Positions 59,979 through 64,000 of a stretch of DNA of 64,000 nucleotides are shown one piece after another. A program made the position numbers and the translations under genes. Source of the DNA: Candidatus Marinacidobacterales bacterium (GTDB lineage Bacteria; Acidobacteriota; Vicinamibacteria; Marinacidobacterales; SMYC01); NCBI GenBank assembly GCA_965224085.1, contig CBDCYI010000005.1:224001-288000 (forward strand), given 5' to 3'. Each line of letters begins with the position of its first letter. Position 1 is the stretch's first letter. Under the pieces are notes generated by a model. The model searched no databases and had not been told where the DNA came from. It saw nothing but the letters and a program-made list of their open reading frames with translations.

Positions 59979-62469
59979 ATGGACTGGCATTCAATATGCG
60001 ATTTTCACGGTCTGCTCCGGGAGGTCGTCGCTCGAACCGGCATTTCCAGTAGTCCCTGCCGGAAGGGCTTCGCTGGAATCTCCGGTCGAGGGGTGCGGCG
60101 AAAGAGCCAGCGGTGGCTCGTCACCGCGGTCCTCGCCGGCGCCGCGTCGCTCATCCATGCGGGGATGCTCTCCGCCCAGGAGCCTACGGACTGGGGCGTC
60201 TCACTCCCCCGGGGCTAGACCCGGGAGATCGACTTCACCACGACCGAAGGGACGTGGATGTCGGTCGACGTTTGCCCCGACGGATCGTGGATCGTCTTCG
60301 ACCTCCTCGGCCATGTCTACCGCATGGACGCGGAGGGAGGGACCACCGAGCCACTCACCCAGAACAGCGGCGTCGCGCTGAACTACCACCCGCGAATCTC
60401 GCCCGACGGCCGGACGGTGGCCTTCATATCGGACCGGGGTGGCCAGGACAACCTGTGGATCATGAACGCCGACGGCTCCCAGCCGCGGGTCGTGTTCCAC
60501 GACCTGAACTCCCGAGCGTTGACACCGGCCTGGACGCCGGATGGCGAGTACATCGTCGTCCGACGCGACGGCATCGGGCGCCGCTCCAGTGGCGGCGCGT
60601 TCGCGCCCGAGATCTATCCGGAGGGACGCTGGCTCGCCTTCGGGCGCCACATACCCGACGGCACCGTGTCCTTCAAGGGTGGGATCTCGTCCGCGTCCCC
60701 GCAGACGGCGGCGACCCGACACCCGTCGCGCGGGTCGCGCTGCCGACGGGTAGCGGTCCCCAAAGGGTCCAGCGCCGGGCGATCCTCTCGCCGTCCTGGG
60801 GGCCCGAAGGTCGCGTCTTCTTCCCGGAAATCATCGACGGGGGCACCGCCGTCGTCTCGGTGCGGCCCGACGGCGAGGACCCGCGTGTTCACCTGATCCT
60901 TCCGTCCGCCGACGAGGTCGCGGCCTCGCCCGACGGCCGCTGGATCGCCTTCCAGGAAGCCAACGACGTGTACGTCGCGCCGCTGCCGCGGACGGGAGGA
61001 CGGGAGTCGGCGACGCGCCTTTCACACTCGACAGACGAAGCAGCGGCCTGCCCGTCCGCCAGCTCAGCCGCACCGGCGGCCTGTTCGTTCGCTGGCGTGA
61101 CGCGGACTCGCTGGAGTTCGGCAGCGGGAGCCGGTACTACCGTCACGACCTGACCACCGGGCAGAGCGAAACGTTCGACGTCCGCCTGGTCGTGCCTCGC
61201 CGCACCGTTGCGGGCACGATGGCTCTCACCAATGCGCGTATCGTCACCTTCGCCGGCCCGGGCAACGACGAGGTCATCGAGAGCGGCACGATCGTGGTGA
61301 ACGGACCGCGCATCGCCTGTGTCGGCACCTGCGACACCAGCAGCCCCGACCGGGTGATCGATGCCTCGGGCCGCACGATAATCCCCGGGTTCGTCGACAT
61401 GCACTCGCATCACCACCGCGAGCACCGCGGCTACCGGCCCCTGCGGGACTACGAGGTCGGCCTCTACCTCGCCTACGGGGTCACGACCAGCCTGGACAAT
61501 TCGATATGGGCGCAGAACATCTTCCCCACGGCCGAGTTGATCGAGACCGGTCGCATGATCGGTCCCCGCACGTTCAGCACCGGCGACCCGCTCCCGTTTG
61601 GCGAGCTGGCCAGTCGGGAGGTGACGGCCGAGCACATCGCCCGGCTCCAGTCCTGGGGCGCCGTCTCGCTGAAGCAGCACTCGCACCCCCGCCGCGACCG
61701 GCGGCAGTGGATTGCCGACGTCGCCCGGGAGAAGGGGATCATGCTGACGACCGAGGGCTACGACCTCGAATACAACCTCGGCCATGCGATGGACGGCTAC
61801 TCCGGATGGGAGCACCCCCTCAGCGTCATTCCCATCTACTCCGACGTCGCGAAGTTCTTCGCACAGGCGAAGACCGTCTATTCGAACCCCTTCATCTTCG
61901 ACAGCTCCACGGCGGCCAACGTCGAGTACTGGTACGCCGAATCCGACGTCTGGAAACAGGAGAAACAGCGCCGCTGGATGCCGTGGCGGATGACCACGTT
62001 CCTGCGCCGGCGCATGCTGCGGCCGGACACGGACTACAGCTTCCCACTGATCGCACAGGGGCTCGCCGATATCCTCGCCGAGGGCGGGCGCAGCGCTCTG
62101 GGTGGGCACGGCGAGCACCACGGCACCAGCATCCACTGGGAAATCTGGATGGCCGCGACCGCGCTGGGCCCGATGGGCGCGCTCCGGACCGCGACGCTTG
62201 GCAGCGCCTCCTTCCTGGGCGCGGACCGGGACCTGGGCTCCCTGGAGGCCGGCAAGCTCGCCGACCTGGTCGTACTCAATCAAAACCCGCTGGACAACAT
62301 CCGCAACACGATGGACATCCGGTACGTGATGAAAGGGGGAGTCCTCTACGACGACGATACGCTGGACGAGATCTGGCCCGAACAGCGCCCGTTCGGCCCC
62401 TACTCCTGGGTCGACGAAGACGCCCTTCGGAACGATGACCGGCCTGTCGACGCCTGGCGGCGACGCTGA
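59979..62469 (+). pseudogene. PD40/TolB-propeller + amidohydrolase gene, 5' half disrupted
   Basis: Signal peptide; in-frame TAG at 60216; REIDFTTTEGTWMSVDV.PDG motif; frameshifts/deletions to ~61190. The amidohydrolase part (PGFVDMHSH, GSLEAGKLAD) is still open at 61192-62469. Confidence 0.82.
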
Positions 62470-62763
62470 GCCGATAACCGCGATGATATCTATCGCGCGA
62501 GGGGAATCGGAGAGATGTCTCGGGCCTTGGTGTCCGACAAATCGCGCCGGCCACCGGAGAACTCGCTCGTAAGAGCGGGCGTTGCGATGGAATTGAGGTG
62601 CGTCCAGGGCCACCGCGGCGGTCTGGACCGCGGGCCCGAATCGCTGGTATGGTACGCTGAACTGTATCTGGGATGATGCCCGGCAGAGGGGCCCGTTCTG
62701 AACTGATACAGAGCTCCTCTGCACTAAAAAACCATGATATGGTCGTGACGTGAGGCAAGACCG

Positions 62764-64000
62764 ATGAGAATCACGGTTGCGATGCTTGGCACCGCAATTG
62801 TTTTTCTGAGTCTGGCTGCGGAAACCGAGCCCGCCGTCCACGGCGCCCCCCGACCCTTCCCGCAAGCGGTCGCCAGCAACCACGGCGGCAGCACGTCGAT
62901 GCCCGAAAAGGTTGACGCGGCCCAGGCAGTGATCGAAGACGTCTGCCAGCAGTGTCACAACGACGTGACACTTCTGGGAAGCATGTCCCTGGATTCGTTT
63001 GAGGTGGCTACGGCTGAAGAGAAAGCGAAGCTCGCGGAGAAGATGATCCGCAAACTGCGGGCGGGCATGATGCCTCCCGCCGGTGTGCCTCGGCCGAGTG
63101 AAGAAAGCCTCGCAGCGCTTGCCACCGAGCTCGAAACCCGCCTCGACGAAACGGCGGCTACGAGTCCGAATCCCGGTCGACGGACCTTCCAGCGCCTCAA
63201 TCGAGCCGAATATGAGGGCTCCGTCCGTGACCTCCTGGCGCTAGACATCGACGCGGGAGATTACCTTCCGCTCGACACGAAGAGCGCCAATTTCGACAAC
63301 ATCGCGGACGTCCAAATGCTGTCTGCGACGTTGTTAGAAGCGTATCTCCGCGCGGCGAGCGAGGTGAGCCGCCTGGCCGTTGGCGACCCCAAGGCCGGCT
63401 CCCGGGAAGCCACCTACAAGGTCACGCGTTGGGTCTCGCAAACCGAGCACGTGGAAGGTGCACCCTACGGAACGCGTGGGGGGACCTCCGTGGTCCACAA
63501 TTTCCCCGCCGATGGCGAGTACCTCTTCAGGGTGTCCTTCCACCACGAGATCACCGGAGTACTCTACGGTAGCGGTCGATCGGCCCTTCACACGAGAGAT
63601 GATCCGGAGCAGATCGAGCTCTCGGTCAACGGCGAGCTGGTTGCGCTGCTGGACATCGATCGATGGATGCACGAGTCGGACCCGAACGGCGTGAACATTC
63701 GGACCGAGCCCATCTTCATCCGGGCAGGTCCGCAGCGGGTCTCCGCCGCGTTCATCAGGAAGACCGATGGACCCGTCCAGGACCTCATTTCCCCGCACGA
63801 TTGGTCCCTTGCCGACACGAGCACGGCCGAATCCTTCGGGCTCACGAGCTTGCCCCACTTGCGGGATCTCGCTATCACTGGGCCGTACAACCCCAGCGGG
63901 GTTTCGGAGACGCCCAGCCGGCAGAAGATCTTCACGTGTCGCCCGGCTTCGCCTAGTGAAGTGTTGCCTTGCGCTCGGAAGATCGTCTCGCGACTGGGCT
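62764..64000 (+). CDS. DUF1592-family cytochrome c protein (runs off window end)
   Basis: Manual translation: signal peptide MRITVAMLGTAIVFLSLAA, CQQCH heme motif, EKMIRKLRAGMMPP, RLNRAEY, FDNIAD, TPSRQKIFTCRP. Confidence 0.9.
   Translation, partial: MRITVAMLGTAIVFLSLAAETEPAVHGAPRPFPQAVASNHGGSTSMPEKVDAAQAVIEDVCQQCHNDVTLLGSMSLDSFEVATAEEKAKLAEKMIRKLRAGMMPPAGVPRPSEESLAALATELETRLDETAATSPNPGRRTFQRLNRAEYEGSVRDLLALDIDAGDYLPLDTKSANFDNIADVQMLSATLLEAYLRAASEVSRLAVGDPKAGSREATYKVTRWVSQTEHVEGAPYGTRGGTSVVHNFPADGEYLFRVSFHHEITGVLYGSGRSALHTRDDPEQIELSVNGELVALLDIDRWMHESDPNGVNIRTEPIFIRAGPQRVSAAFIRKTDGPVQDLISPHDWSLADTSTAESFGLTSLPHLRDLAITGPYNPSGVSETPSRQKIFTCRPASPSEVLPCARKIVSRLG

Noticed and set aside
60889-62958. 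689-aa minus-strand ORF
   Set aside because: Antisense to the amidohydrolase and cytochrome genes; no recognisable domain.

Overview
GC-rich bacterial window. The gene set (GWxTD protein, TPR/carboxypeptidase-regulatory proteins, DUF1592 cytochrome, many amidohydrolases and PQQ proteins) suggests an Acidobacteria-like organism; this is inference. 1-17.5 kb is core-like: hemE, DUF4388, a TPR protein, a sigma-54 two-component pair, an outer-membrane receptor, eno and an ABC ATPase. It is broken by a head-to-tail array of three IS5/ISNCY-type elements. From an IS5 (IS903-like) element at 17.5 kb onward lies a partly decayed catabolic island: LysR, five PLP aminotransferase-fold genes, nitrilase, hydantoinase A/B, amidohydrolases, peptidases, a peptide ABC transporter and a PQQ dehydrogenase. 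The most unusual component is a mobile element pairing a tyrosine recombinase with an IS91-type HUH transposase. It occurs as two near-identical full copies plus a solo copy of its structured non-coding leader. All three left ends share an ATAA-N6-TTGAACTAAGCCGC geometry, and the leader has a constant long stem with a different loop in each copy. One end has been hit by a tnpA-only IS200 and abuts a putative orphan IS110/IS1111-type non-coding end. A conserved 55-bp operator-promoter module recurs three times in the island. No rRNA, tRNA or CRISPR-Cas was seen. All family calls are from motif recognition by eye, not database searches.
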